A stretch of DNA of 64,000 nt from Tubiluchus corallicola (lineage: Eukaryota; Animalia; Priapulida), in NCBI GenBank assembly GCA_030141605.1, contig JAQGDQ010000001.1, positions 1,860,001 to 1,924,000 of the forward strand. Direction: 5' to 3'. Both the position numbers and the translations under genes were made by a program. Below are positions 1-26,458 of this stretch, in pieces. The notes below the pieces were generated by a model. That model ran no database searches. It worked only from the letters and a program-made list of their open reading frames with translations, and had not been told where the DNA came from. Each line of letters opens with the position of its first letter. Within the stretch, counting starts at the first letter, position 1.

Positions 1-2
1 AT

Positions 3-3000
3 AAACCTAGTTTGTTGCCTTCCGTGTCAAGAATTTCTGAAAGTTTTCTGTCTACTGTACCTTCTTCCGGCATAAGAAATGAGACTTCTACACAAGTAGC
101 CATCAGAGCAAAAGATTTGCAAAAATCTAGTTCCGAACCCTCTTTGTACGATGCCCTGAATGGCAATCTGTTATCACATGAGAGTATTGAGAGCAATTCA
201 AGAGGTATCTCTCATCATAAAAATGCCGTAATCACATCTGATTACGACTCAAATTATATTGATGCTATTATTGATAATGCCTTTGGGAATCCAGGACATG
301 TTATCACATCTGAAGAGCAATCAGACTCAATCTCAAATAAAGAACAATCTTTTGCTGAAGCTGCAAAAACTGGAATGTTTGCACATAGAGCGCATTCATT
401 ATCTTCTCATCAAAGCAAGAAAAATATTGAAGAACATAGAAGGCAAGGTAATTTGGCCAAGGATGTAGTAACTGAATATCTAGATAACTACCATGTGTTT
501 GGCAATAGAGGAAGTAATCTTGCTAATAGACATCGTTTTCATAATGGTTATTTTCCATTCCATAAACCTGAACAGCAACCATTGCCAGCATATATTTCAA
601 GCAAGAAAAACAGTCATGGCTACAATCATCATCGTTCTCACAATCAATATCACTCTAACAAAGGCTTGAAAGAACTTCAAGGAAAACTTAAAAGCAGATT
701 TCCTGATAGGAGTGTCTATAAACACCATCGTAATAAAAGAAAAGTAAAACGGAATGATCCTGATTACCTTCCGAACTATGACAGAGAAGGCATTTATTAC
801 TCTGATTCTGATAATGATAGTTACAGTGAATTGTTTGATATAAATGAATCATCTGATAATAAGTTATCTTCCATAAATGTGGCAAGCTCCGTACCACTGT
901 ATGAAAGTAACAGTTTGCAAGACATGGAGCGTCATCATCTTAATGGTAGTTATCTGGAAACACTAGACACATGGTATCTTCTCTTTGGAACTATTCATGT
1001 GAATTCTGCATTTTGGACTTTTGTGGCTGTTCTATTTTTCCTTGGTTTGGCTGGATTCAGTTTTTGTTCATTGCCAAGCATTATCGCGGAAGCATTATTT
1101 GAGTATCTAGATGATGCCGACTACCTGCAGAAGTATAAAAACCACTATCCAGCATGTCTCTACTCATCGGCAGTAGCAGTCTTGATGGTTTCCGCCATCA
1201 CATTTAAGACACAGTGTTACCTTCTTAATGGAACTGTAACAAGGTTAATAATGTATTTTTTGGCATTTTTGCTCCTAATGAGTGTCACTTTCTTTGCATT
1301 GTTTTGCACATATATTTCTGAAGCTAACCAGTTTGCTCAGCAAGGAAGGTCAACATTCAAAAGAGCTTTTGAAACATTGTTGCAAGATCATCGTTTAACA
1401 ACTGGACTTGTTGTTATAGCTGTAATAGGCACTGTCACTGAAGCTTTGCACATATTTTTGTTCTGGAAGCTACAAGATCTTGGAGGTACAGATCTAACAA
1501 TGGGTTGCGTATTGTTTGTAAGAGTAATAGCTGAGTTGCCAATGTGTTATGTGGGAAAGCGACTTGTCAGCAAGTTCAAGTGCCTAAACATGCTAAGCAT
1601 AACATTGGTAATGTTAGGGATAAAGTCTGTGTGTCTAGCATTTGTGCCAAATGCATGGGCATTTGTTATTGTTGAATTCTTGGGCATTATGACAAATGCT
1701 GTTTCTCCAGTAATTGATGCATTTGCTGAGGAACCTGGACTTCCTTTTCTGCAAATCAAGGTAATTTTTCTTGTTTTTTGGTGGGTCTGCAAATAAAATA
1801 CCAGTTTTTGTTAATTGGTTTTAGAAAGGATGCTGTATTAAGTGTTTGGGTTTCTGTCCTCTAGTTGGGCAGTCTGTTTTAAATTTAAAATGGCAAAATG
1901 GTAACTAGATAAGGTAACAGTAATTTTATAATTAATGAATTCAATACGTGTAATAATTATTCATAATTATTTTTGGTAGTAAAGATTTACATTGTATAGT
2001 GCTTGCACATCAAAACTAGTTACATGTGAAATATCAGCAAGCATGTTGATTTCTAATTTTTATTTTTTTAGTTGCTCACATTGTATACAAGCATATACAA
2101 AGGAATAGGTGGAACATTTGGAGGACTTTTGGCTGCAGTATTGTACTATTATACAGGATGGACAAACCAGTGTGGCATTCTTTCTGGTTTAGCATTTATT
2201 ACGGCCATAATTATTGTGCTGATGGAAAGGTAATTTAAGACAATATGAACTTTCATAAATAGGTTCACGCCTAAACATCCCTTGTCCCTTCTATTTCTTT
2301 AAGCCTGGGAATTATTGAAACAATGTTTTCTGTATATTTACAACTTGTCTACAACGAGTTTTCTGCATATTTACACTCTTTTTTAAAACAGAAATGCACA
2401 GCATGCTTTAGTCAGCAAGTTATTATGTAATCATGCTACCTGCATTTTTTGGCACAATCTTATGAGGTAGTGTTAATAAATTTTAATTTTGAAAATAAAA
2501 GAAATTTCATTAGTACTGTTCACATAAATCTACTGACTTGTTCTGGATCATGGAGAGAACAATACGGATGCAAAAATTGCAAATAATTATATACAAAGGT
2601 GTTTATACCTAAGTAACTTACTCTAGGGCATCCAGTAAAAAATGCTTAAGGGATAAGGCCAGTAAAGATAGCTATCTTCATATTTTTAGTATAGTATATA
2701 GTTTAGTATAGTAACTCACCATACTATAAAAAATTGAAGAAATGCTTATAAGTGCTATGAAGCCAAAATTAAATCACATTAAAATTAATAGGTAGAAAGA
2801 AGCCATTGTTTTTGCATTAGGAGGTGATAGCACTTTACTGTATTCTGTGATTTCTGACTGGAACTATTGATCATTCTGTTTCTAATAGATAATTTACTGT
2901 TTCAGCCACCTAATGAATATAAAGGTAAACAACACTAGCTGGGGTCAAAAAAGGTGTTTGCTGATTTTTCTGATTATGTCTCTCTTGATCAGTTACAAGA

Positions 3001-3997
3001 AACTGTATTAAATAAAATAATTATAATCACAACTGTACAATATGTTAAATCAATCATTTGTTTTATTGTCTTGTTTATCTCAGTGGTAGTTTATTTTTCA
3101 AAATGGATGTGAAATGGGAAGCGAAAAATCTGAGTTGACAGAGCTTGACATAGATAATGTCAGGTCATTGCCCGAAAGCTGATGAATTCTGATTTACTTA
3201 GGAGGGCCAGGTTCTGCTGAAAATTGCATTTGTCTCTGCAAGGTCAGACTACCTTCAAAACAAAATGGCATTTGTCTCTGCAATAACTGCTTTGAAATCT
3301 TGATGAAAAATAATCAGTCTTTTGTGGCAACAATAAAGTACTTTACTAGTCCAAGAGATTTCAATCAAACGATCTGAAATTGTCAAAATGTAATTCGACA
3401 TTCCTGTTTTACTTTCTCATGTAGCAAATGCAGATGCCTATAATTATAGATGGTAGAATCTGTTGAATGTGCTGGATGGTTTGCAAATGAAATTGAAAAG
3501 ATTTTATTTCCTTTATATATTTTTCTAAATTGCCAAAATCCTGAAATTATTCTTTGGGGAGAAAATGAAGATCTTATTTACTATTTTGGTATTCAAGAGA
3601 TAATGTAGAATGTTTGCACATTATGTAACCACTGTAGGGTAAATTAAGCACCAAGTTTACACAGTTTTGACTTTGCACAAAATATATTTTTAGCTTTGTA
3701 TAAAACATTTAATTATGTGTATAGTATGTTTGAAAGTAGGGTTTCACCTAAAGTAATGATTTCAGAAGTATTGCTTACTATATATTTGTTTTTTGTTTCT
3801 GTAGGTACTTGCCTAGACGAGGTAAGCATGACTATCTTGCACAGTTGCTAGGATATGAAAGCGATGGAGATGATGACTGCTATGAAAAACACAATGGTGA
3901 AGAGGAGGACTGGCTGGAGACAGCACTGAGAAAAGATGAACATAGGAGGAGAGAGAGGTTTTTCAAACCAATAAATTCAATTTATACTAAACATTGA
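3..3997 (+). CDS. MFSD6L: MFS domain-containing protein 6-like (MFSD6L-like), 5'-partial; exons <3-1760, 2072-2229, 3805-3997
   Basis: Frame is open from the window edge. Multiple hydrophobic MFS helices. GT-AG junctions are in phase (…LQIK|LLTLYTSIYKGIGGTFGGLLAAVLY…LME R|YLPRRGKHDY). The acidic C-tail '…EEEDWLETALRKDE' resembles the MFSD6L C-terminal DWLxxAxR motif. Confidence 0.8.
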
Positions 3998-5311
3998 TTT
4001 AATGTACCAGATATTCACTCTAAATTTTCCCTATATGCACAAGTTTCCCCAAAGGTTAGATGAGCACAAAATAGTTAGCAGTTTAACAATGTTGCAAATT
4101 GAATTTTTCCATTTATTTTAAAGAGAAAATGGTGCTACATATGTGCAACTATTTTTGTATTAAGATTTCTTGGTAGCACTTTATTGTGCAACTTTCATTC
4201 ACTGCTCAAGGTATATTATTGCTAAAATTTGTGATCTGTTTTTGTTTATTATTAGAAACTTAAAGTATATTTTACATACTTTTATACTTTTACACAGATG
4301 ATAGTTATTACTTTTATTGTAACTGTTTCAATTATGAAAGTGAAATACTTGAGTCTCAGTAGATATTTAGCAAATATTTTGTATTTCACTTCACAGCTTG
4401 GAAAAGCAGCTTCGTTGTTGTTATTTTCCTTTTGAGAGAAGTAGACCATCGCTGTGACTGCTGTGCTTTTTGCGACAACTATTCTGATTTTTCAGATTAT
4501 ATGAAAAATGTGTTTTTGCTAGTCTGCATTCACCAAAGATGTACTATCACACAGTTTTTTGTATTATTCTAGTATTATTATTATTCAGTTTAACAATTTT
4601 GAAATTGTAATGATTAGCACAAATTTTGTTTCTTAGCACTATGTATTAGGCTTACTACAATACATTGTTTGAAGGGAAACATGTATTTACATTCTACAAG
4701 GTTAGAATTCCACATTAATGTTACATAAGTCTAATCCTTCTGTGATTTGAGCCGTGTTATTGCAGGCGCTGTTCTTTTTTGCTACCGATTTTTTTGTTTG
4801 TGTACACATCACATGAATTTTATAAACGGCATATAATTTCTGTCTTAATTTCATCATCACCAATCCTTTGTAATATATTAGTGTATTATAACATATTGCT
4901 TTGTTTTAGTATAGTATATTTAGTTATTTGTTTGTTTCAGAACTCACCTTTATAGCTTGTGGTATGCGTTTATGCTAAAGCAGATGAGTATTAAAAACTA
5001 AAGTACAGTACAGTATTAAAAATACAGTATTAAAAACTAAATTAATGTGATCTAGCAAGCATATGATTAATCAGTTTTTGTGTTTTATGTGATTAGCACA
5101 AGTTTTGGCTTTGTAAAAGTTTAATACATATGCTAAGTGTCTCATACCTTCCTCTAAATAAATTTTTTGTATTAAATTAATTATTTCTTAAATAAATAAT
5201 GTATCTTTATTAAGTTTCTTCTATTTCTTATTCATTCTTACAACTCTTCAAATCTACGTACTTCGTCAGTACGCATTACTCATCTTGTTTTAAAATAATA
5301 ACCACTGCACT

Positions 5312-5745
5312 CAGGGTCATCAAAAGAGAATTTTTGGGCCCCAGGGTAAAAGGGAAACTTTGCCCCTCTCTAATTTTCCGAATAATAATAATTATTCAAA
5401 CTTAAGTCCACAATGGTATGTCATAAGCAAGAGTTATCAATCAGTACAACGAAAATGAGTAATTGATGAATTGTGATTTAGAAAACAGCTTTCTACTTTT
5501 GTTTATTTGTCCAATATAAACGCCATTATGTTCAGTGTGTGTTTTTACAAAAAAAATTGATATTTGACAGTACTTTTGATGCATTTTACTTTAAAGCAGA
5601 ATAACGTTGTTTTAACTATGCCGACTTAATGACGGCTTTGGCTTGCAAACACATTTTATTTTGGTTGTCTTGCTCAAGATATATCCTCGCTTCTTTCCTT
5701 GTTTGGCTTCCGAGGCCCTGGTTGACCCCCCTCTCGGAGGACCTG
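5312..5745. mobile_element. hAT-type MITE with 8-bp target-site duplication
   Basis: Imperfect TIRs CAGGGTCATCAAAAGAG / CTCTCGGAGGACCTG. Identical ACTGCACT at 5304-5311 and 5746-5753. Confidence 0.8.
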
Positions 5746-6079
5746 ACTGCACTATATGCAAAACAGGCAGTATGCGGCTTATCGCCTATTTCAAAGATCA
5801 GCGAAGTTCCTGCGAAATACATGTACAATGTTGCGCACTGCACATTCCACGTATTTTTTTTCCTATATTTCATTCATTCCAGCTGAGGTAGCGTAGTGAA
5901 TGTACGCGTTTCCTCTATGGTTGAGTAAACATGATAAAATTGTACTAAGTCAGTTAGCTACGCTTGGCGGTTGTAGATTGATCCGTCTTTTCCGCCTTGG
6001 CGTGGTGTCTAAAAATAGTTAAAAGCTCAACTTCATTTTTCAACTCGGAAGTGGTCATTTTTGGTCGATTCTTCTGAAA

Positions 6080-18395
<12,316 letters not shown>

Positions 18396-19650
18396 AATCA
18401 TCACTATAAAAAAGCAGAACATATAACTGAGTTGTGCCTTCAATGCAAGTATCTGTTTTTATGAGTTAATACATAATGCAAGCACATGATAGTATAAATA
18501 AAATGGGTTACACTGACTATAACACAACACTAAAAGTCAAAATTAATAATGACTGTGCTTTGTCATAACTAAATGTATTTGTAAGACAAATTGTCTTGTA
18601 GTTCCATTCTGGGACACACAGATCTTAAAATCAAAAGTGAAACTACGGTATATGGAAACATTAATTCTACAGCCTTATTTATTTAGCTTGATTTCAAGTA
18701 ATAGGATACACTTCTATTTTTATATGTTGATTGTGAATATGTTATCAGTTTTTACGACTATATATTTTAATTTTTTTACTTTATTAGATTAGTCAGATGC
18801 ATATAAGTTAGGCCGATAGATTGAACATGTAACTTTATTAGATGTGATATTAGTTTCACTTATAATAATTACAGTAATAATTTGCAATAAAACATTTCTT
18901 TGTTGTAAACAGTATAAGTATTCTTCGTTACACTATTAATCAAATTTGGTATAGCTGAATTGTTGACTGATTTTTTAGAAATGAATTTTTTAATAGAATG
19001 AGAGGCTTACATACGATATACACATGAATTTAATGTTATAATCTGTTCAATGCAATTAAAATAATTTTGTTTCTAATCACTTGTGAGTTTGTCAGTAGAA
19101 TTTGTTTGCATTACATCAGAGGTGATCTTTGTTTGTTAGCAAACCTAGACAATACACAAACACTTCTAGATTATTAGTCTAGTTCTGCCTTGAATAACTA
19201 GTAGTTTGCATATTTTTCATCTTCTAAAAATAGCACCATTCACAATTTAATACCAATAGATACACGTGTTATTCTCCATGCCATCAAAATACACACCATC
19301 ATCATCAATGCATAACCAGACTCTGAAAATGGGCATTTAATTTATTTTTACGTTGTAATTGTTTTAATTATTCTCACTGCAAATTTTCTGTATTTTTATT
19401 CAATTTCTTGCATACTTAAATCGATATATTTTTAAAGTAATTATTTTTTTATATTTATTCCGATTCCAAATCATTTTTATGTTCTTTTAACACTGATGTA
19501 AAGAGCACTAAGGTCTTCAGATGGAGGACATCTTTTAGAATAAAGTACAGTATTATGAATATTATTATGTATTACCTATCATCTATAACACTTCCTAGCT
19601 ATTCTACTGCTGTTATTCAGTAGTTACACAATTTAGTGTTATTTTGTCAC

Positions 19651-22600
19651 TTAGCTAACTGCATCATTGTGTATACTGTTAGCTGTTGGTTCATTAGGCA
19701 TAATTTTCTTTGTTACATCAATGATTACATTCCAAGCATAAGTGATGTCTCTCGACTCTGATGTTCTTGCACAAATAGCAAATCGTATGTAATAAGTGTC
19801 ACGGATTCTTCCTGGAACTAGGTGTATCCTACCATCATCATTTATGGCTTTCAGTAATTTTTCATTTAGGGTATTATCACCCTGAAATATCAATGGTATC
19901 CGAGTAACTGTCACAAAATTATAATTGCTGACAAATTTGCTGTAATATCTAGTCTGATAAAACTGCATTTGACTGTATTAAAAAAGATTATCTTTGAAAT
20001 AATTTTGAAAAAAGGTTTGTTGGAGTGAAATTATGTGTTCTAGTTTACCTTCAGTTTAAAACAGACTAATCCCATCGTAACTGGTGCGATTATCTCGAAT
20101 CTTCTGTCATATTTTACTAGTGCTTCAAATTCATGTGCAAGTCCTATTTGCTGGAAAAAATATTTTGATCAACTTTTTTACTTTTTGTTATGTGCTACTT
20201 ACTGTTACAAATAAACAATCGAAATTAAAGTCTGTTATTAAATTTTCATTATAATCTTTGACACTAAGTTAATATACCTTGTGAATATGCTTTTGTAGTC
20301 CACTAACTCCATACAACCTCATTACAAACCACAGTTTTAAGGAACGAAATCTTCTACCAAGTGGAATCTGCCAGTGCTGCAATGAGAAAATTTTTCATTT
20401 CTATATCTTGTGCCAAATTCAACAAAAATAATATAAACATGTTAAACAGACTATTAAACACATTTAGTTTTGTTAAATTGAGTCCATAATTCCTGATTAT
20501 TACAAAGACTATATTTTTAAGGTGTTTTTACTGCTGCCTTTTTTTTAGCCATATCACTTACTGGTGGTAGAATGCGCGTAGAATGTAGTTTTAGCTCTAG
20601 CTTGTTTTACTGAAAATGCTTTGTCATTTTGTAAGGCTGTGATTATTATTACGTACTACTGTACAGATAAGCAAATGTAATTTAGCACTTACTCTGTAGT
20701 CAGGAACAACGCCTTGTTGTTCATGCTTAAGGTATATGGGGTCTACGCTAAATGCTTCAATGATGTCATTTTGATCCTTTATCCTGTTTGAACAAAGAAA
20801 AGAGTGCGATTAAGAACTAATTAGAAAATTTTATCCGCAATCAACACTAAAAGATGATAGTCATCTGAAGCTGCACACCTTTACCATGTGCTTGCTACAG
20901 GTTGACAAAAATGGTTAATTTGTTTACTTTTTCTTACCACATTGCTGAGCAGTCAAAGTTGACCAACAGCCATTTGTGAGGATTAAAGTTGAAAGACTGT
21001 GCAAACTACAAAGAAAATAACATTATTATTTAAGCGTACACTATTGTCAATCTGCTTAATTCAAGATTCTTCAGTATAGGCATAAGTAACAGCCACTCCC
21101 ACCTACTACAAAGACAATTAAACAAGATGTAATTAGAATTGTGAAAAGCACATTACCTACTTTTACAGACAAGCATTGTAATAACAAATTTTGTCGATAG
21201 CACAGATTATGTAAGAACAATAGGTAGCTTAAAAATAAGCTACTGTGATGATACGACTAGCCAGGCATAACTTAAATAAGACACAGTATTGACTGGGCAT
21301 CTAGTGTCTAGTGCTTAAAGTGATGCTTAGGTTATGAAAAATGTTCATTTATCACTCTATGCTTGAAATGCTTACAATATATTATATTAAAAGTATTTTA
21401 AATTGTTTGATGTTTTCGTATTAATTGAATATAAATACAGATTCTCCTTTAATGTTGTAAGGTAAACTTCTAGGTTAAAAGAAGTGCAGCTAATAAAGCG
21501 GATAGAGTAATTTTAGCCAATAGGATGTATGACGTTATAAGAAGTTTGTGCATCTGGAAACTGTGAGCGCTTCTGTCAGTAGCAGTGAAACGGGACTTAT
21601 ACTTGAATGGATCTAACGATGGCGACAAATTAGTTGTGTTTATACATATAATGCTATAAGTTGTTTATTTACGAAAATATTTATGTGTTAAAATACCTCT
21701 ACTCCATTTAATATGTATCTGTATTCATCACAGATAAATGCACTGCCTGCATATGCTGCATCTATGTGCATCCAAATGTCTTCTTTTTGACCTGTAAAAA
21801 TTATCGAAAAAAAATACAAAAAATCTCAGCTGCTGTCAAGGTTCGATTCTCCACTTTAGGAATTAAAATGTTACTCTGGAATTAGTACTGTACTCAAAAG
21901 AACCATGGTTTGCTAGCAAATGTTACACTTTGCTTCTATTTTCCAACGATAGTTAAATATTGTCCAAGCAATTACTTACACAGCGGGCCTAGTTCCAATA
22001 TGTTGTCAAAAGCACAAGAATTTGTAGTTCCCAAAGTAGCACAAAGCTAGACGAAAATAGAATTTTCCTGTTAACAATGTAGAATTAGAGAAGCCTATTT
22101 ATTTTGCCGGCTACGCATTAGAGTTAACTACGTAGTTTTATTAGTTGGACTACGTACATAGAAGAAGCACACAACACTGTCTGTTTATTATTCGACTTTA
22201 ACAGTATACTAGAATCAGCATAGGTATTTGTGATTTGCTGTGCAGACTGCAGTCACCCCACAGGCCACTGATGATATTTTACAGTACGTATATTTGTACG
22301 TACGTGATTATTGATACTTACAAAGAATGGATGTAAACCCTTCGCTTTATCTTGTTTTATTGCGATCTCAAATGGTTTTCCATGTAAAACACAGTTTTCG
22401 TCTGAAGGAAGATGCCTCATAGACACTGCACCAAGTAAGCCAGCGCGTTCCACTGATGAGTGAGACTTGTAATAAATATAATGCAAGAAACAGTTATAGC
22501 ATTGTTGAGCATCATGGTGTTTCTATTACATTACATTATAATTACATTACATTATAATACTGTTGTGGTATAACAATTTTTCTTTTGGGTACAACCAATT

Positions 22601-25600
22601 TGGCTATTTGGATTTAATGCAAAATTCAACGAGTAAAAAACTAACTTCAGAATGAGATATTTAAATAGTAGATGTCACGTGACAAAACATTAATTGCTTT
22701 TTTATTGGTCTGATCTAGTTTTATGACAAATTGTTGTACCGAGCCTGGCAGACGAGCGAAATTCAGTCTCAGACAAGTTGTTGCAAACAGATTTTACAGT
22801 CTGTGCACATTGTATTGCTAACTACCACATGTCTTAATTTTACATACCTGGTCAGATGTATAAGCAACTAGTTTAGATATAATCGTGTATTCATCCCAGT
22901 CTGGGTGGCAGTACTTGAGTTTGCGTACTGCCCTGCTCCTTGCTCCCAGAAGAGCTACAAGGGTTGCTTCACTGGCCGTTCCCTGCAAATATAGTGTAAT
23001 AACGGTGAAGGATGTTAAGTAGGCATATACGAGTAATGTCTTGATCACACACTTTTGTCTGGCTAGTGTTAAGTGCTTTCTTCAAAAGTTTAAGAAAGCT
23101 AGTTGTGTCCTAATAACATATTTAAGAAGATATTCGCTAGATTTAATGCATTAATTATATTCGAATTATGAGAGTGCTCTCCTGAAATTTGTGATTTTTA
23201 CTACATGAATAAAAAGTTGAATGGTCTTTAAGTCTCAATAACCAGATTTTATTTATTCCTGGAGCTTTTGTCCTAACGGCCTCATCAGCTAAACTGATCA
23301 CAGTAAAAAGAATACTTGTGTTCCTAACCTTCCTAACTTGAGACTTTTGGCTTAGGAGCACGAATCTTCATTTTGCGTCTGCATTTTAGAGACTCAGGTT
23401 AGGAACACAACTCTTCATTTTGTAGTAATCAGTTTAGCAGATTCACTCCCATTAAGACGAAGGTTCCTGGAATAAAGAAAATCTGTTTTTTGAGACTTTG
23501 AGGCATTCAATTTTATATTGTTGAAACAGAATAACTACTGTTGTAACTCCCTGTGTAGTACGATATTATTTTGTTATTATTAAATTGACAATTCATGCGT
23601 ATCACGACGATTTGGTTACTGGAAATTAGAGCTTGAACAAACCTGTATTACACCACCTCCTTTTCCACCACTACAAGCAAGAAATTCTTCTGGAAGACGC
23701 AACATCTTTCCTAACCAATCCATCATGGCAACTTCGAGTTCTGTACATGATGGACTTGAAGCCTGAAACGGTGATGCCGTTATTACATTTGAGTGTATTG
23801 GAGTTCATTTGGCGTGACATTTGGCTAACAGTTGCTGTAACTGCCGTGAGTTTAGTGTGCTATCTGGATGATGCCATTCTGGAGTGTGCAATTCTAAGTT
23901 TTGGCTGCCTGCGTAATGGCATTGTTTGCGGATTGTTTGCAGGCATTTGTGGAAGAGATAGCACACGTACTCACGCAGGTCGGGGTTGATTGCTTTAATG
24001 TGCTTTTCTTTGTTTACTTGCTTTTTTGTGTTAACTGCCGAAATAAACGTTTTGTTCACTATGAATAAGTTCCAAATTTTTATTTAAGCCTCTACCGCCA
24101 GTGAACGCAGCTCCAAAAAAAACCTCAGTAATAATCGAAGTGTTAAACACTTATAGTTGCTGATCAACGAAATTTGAATTTGAAAAGTATGATTGACTGA
24201 GAAACATATCTATGCTATAACAATAAGATGTGGATGCGAACACTCAACTTTGGTCGTTCAACTACACAGTTAATTGACAAAACTACATTTGAGTCATGGT
24301 ATCAGATTGTATTAGCTGAGTCAGTTAAAATTCTCAAGTATGACGCTAGGGCAAAAATGCTCAGTTTTTGTTGATTTTGACTCATTACGACAGCTTTCAT
24401 TAAGGATTTTCTACTGAGCAATCTATGAGGGATTGCTAATCATGTTGCACGACACGTGTTGTTTTTACCGAATAACTGAAAATTAATTTCGCGTCCCCGC
24501 AGTTGCGGTTTCAGTTGCAGACAATTAAATGCGTGATGCAGACACAAAGCTAAGCATCGCCCAACTATGAGATACAATGGTGGCTGAAACTTTTATTAGT
24601 AGCATAACTGTTTTGTAATGTTTGTGTTCAGTGAGAACGCGCAAACATGCAATTTTTAATTGTGCTACTTACTTTGAGCCGAATAGTAGTGACGCGTAAG
24701 AAGAAGGCAATATCTTATGAAGAGGCAAAGAGGCACCATTAAACATACAAAAGAGATAAAAGAAAGCAAATTAGTGAAGATCAATCATTCTTAATGTTTT
24801 TCACCCACTTTTAAAAGCGATTCAGTGAGAAATTTAGAAGTTCGATGCTAAAATAATTATGAAGTTTGGAAAGCGAATAGCGCATTTGGGTATTAATGCA
24901 AGCATTTAACACATTCTGGTGCAAATTGCTGAATTTTTTCCGTGCCCTGTATGCCAATTGCACTTGCTTTAGAGAGTTCGTTTTTCTCAGGAATTATACG
25001 AACGGTAAATTGTATAAATTCGCACGACTAGATATTAACCTTTTTAATTGAAATTATATCGCTAAATGGCATTAACATTTGGATTTCATGGCTCACAATT
25101 GCGTTAGTGCTTCGATTTAGACATTTTGTGTAGTTTTTGTTTTTAAATGCAATGTATATACGCCAGTATATTTGCAGCTGCTACATGAATTGGCCATATA
25201 AATGATAACGTTGCAAAACATGCCCTAAAACTTACATGAAGCAGTAAGAGAAGCTCAAAGGTAAGAGTCGTTTCTCTGGTGTTAATGTTTTTGCTCCACA
25301 CGATATCGAGAAAAGTAACCAAATAATGTGCAAAAGTTCATCAAAACTACTTGGACCGTGAAACGGCTACTCGATAATGAGCCCCCGTAATTCCGATGAT
25401 GAGCAGTAAAAAATTTTGTCGTCGTTAATCGCTGGCTAGTTATTAAGTAAGTCCAATTCGGTATCTTTTTGTGAATTAACAGCACATAAATCCGATTTCT
25501 ACAGTACCAGTTGCGCAATTAAATATTGCATATCTGTACGCCCGATTTTGGTTGAGCGGGCCAAATTGTTTTGTTAGTTGGAGCTGCAAAAAATTAGTCA

Positions 25601-26458
25601 GCTATTTTAAACTGAATGCGTCTAGCTTTGATTGAACACTGTAGAGTTTAACGAAGCAAGAATGCACATATGCACATATGTTTGTCTGTTTCTAGTTGTT
25701 TTTTATTTCATTTATTATTTTACTGTAATGTAGATGACGAAAAATAACGGATAGCAATTTACCCACGTGAATCCAATGCATCCTATTGCATCAGATAACA
25801 TGTCAGCTAAGATTCCCGGATAAGAATTACCCGTGGGAAAGTACGCATGAAATCGTGGATTATGCCAATGAGTTACCTGCAACGAGTTAAAATCTTGTAG
25901 TTCTTTAGCAAGGACAATCAGTACGCAGCTGTAGTTTGAAAAAATTCATCTTCAGGCGTGAAGAAAGTCGAAGTCATCGCAAAGGACTAACCCGAAAATG
26001 AAGCATGTATACTAAGCCAAACTCTAAAAGTACCTCTCTACATCATCTTGCTTAACATTATTCTTAATTTTGCTTGATTTATTTTATTTTGTTATCAAAG
26101 TAAATTCATGTAATAGCAGTTGTTTCTTGGTTTTTTTTTCAATATAAACATGCGAAATTCATGATTACTTGTAAGTTGTAATAAAGAGGTCGTAGCAAAT
26201 GGAATGTACATTATTGTACAGATATTAAGAGTTATTAAGGTCAATGTTGGAACTTACTCCTGGCATGATAACGCGTTCAATATCTTGGAAAACGTCTTCC
26301 CATTTTTCTGGTTCTTGTGGTGCTTCGTGAGGAATAAGTTTTTGCAGGTATCCTGGTTTTACAGTGGGAAATGGGCGCCGGTCTCGAATGTTGTCCATGT
26401 AGTCAGCTATATAGTCCACCATCTCCCTCCCACGCCGTCGAAATTCTTCTGAATCCAT
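19651..26458 (-). CDS. DDC: Aromatic-L-amino-acid (DOPA) decarboxylase, 488 aa; exons 26458-26258, 25876-25763, 23762-23643, 22982-22848, 22465-22322, 22046-21980, 21791-21697, 21005-20938, 20783-20693, 20376-20278, 20150-20049, 19881-19651
   Basis: In-phase GT-AG junctions (1467 nt). Motifs [61 protein letters not shown]-lysine [31 protein letters not shown]. Confidence 0.96.
23205..23520. mobile_element. Fold-back element / long imperfect inverted repeat in DDC intron 3
   Basis: ~120-bp arm 23211-23330 (…GTCTCAATAACCAGATTT…GCTAAACTGAT…TTGTGTTCCTAACCT) is reverse-complementary to 23396-23514. Confidence 0.75.

Noticed and set aside
23633-24059. 118-aa and 84-aa ORFs in DDC intron 2 (HTPEWHHPD looked like an alternative exon 2)
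   Set aside because: No extended DDC similarity, in-frame stop before exon 3, and no compatible splice sites.
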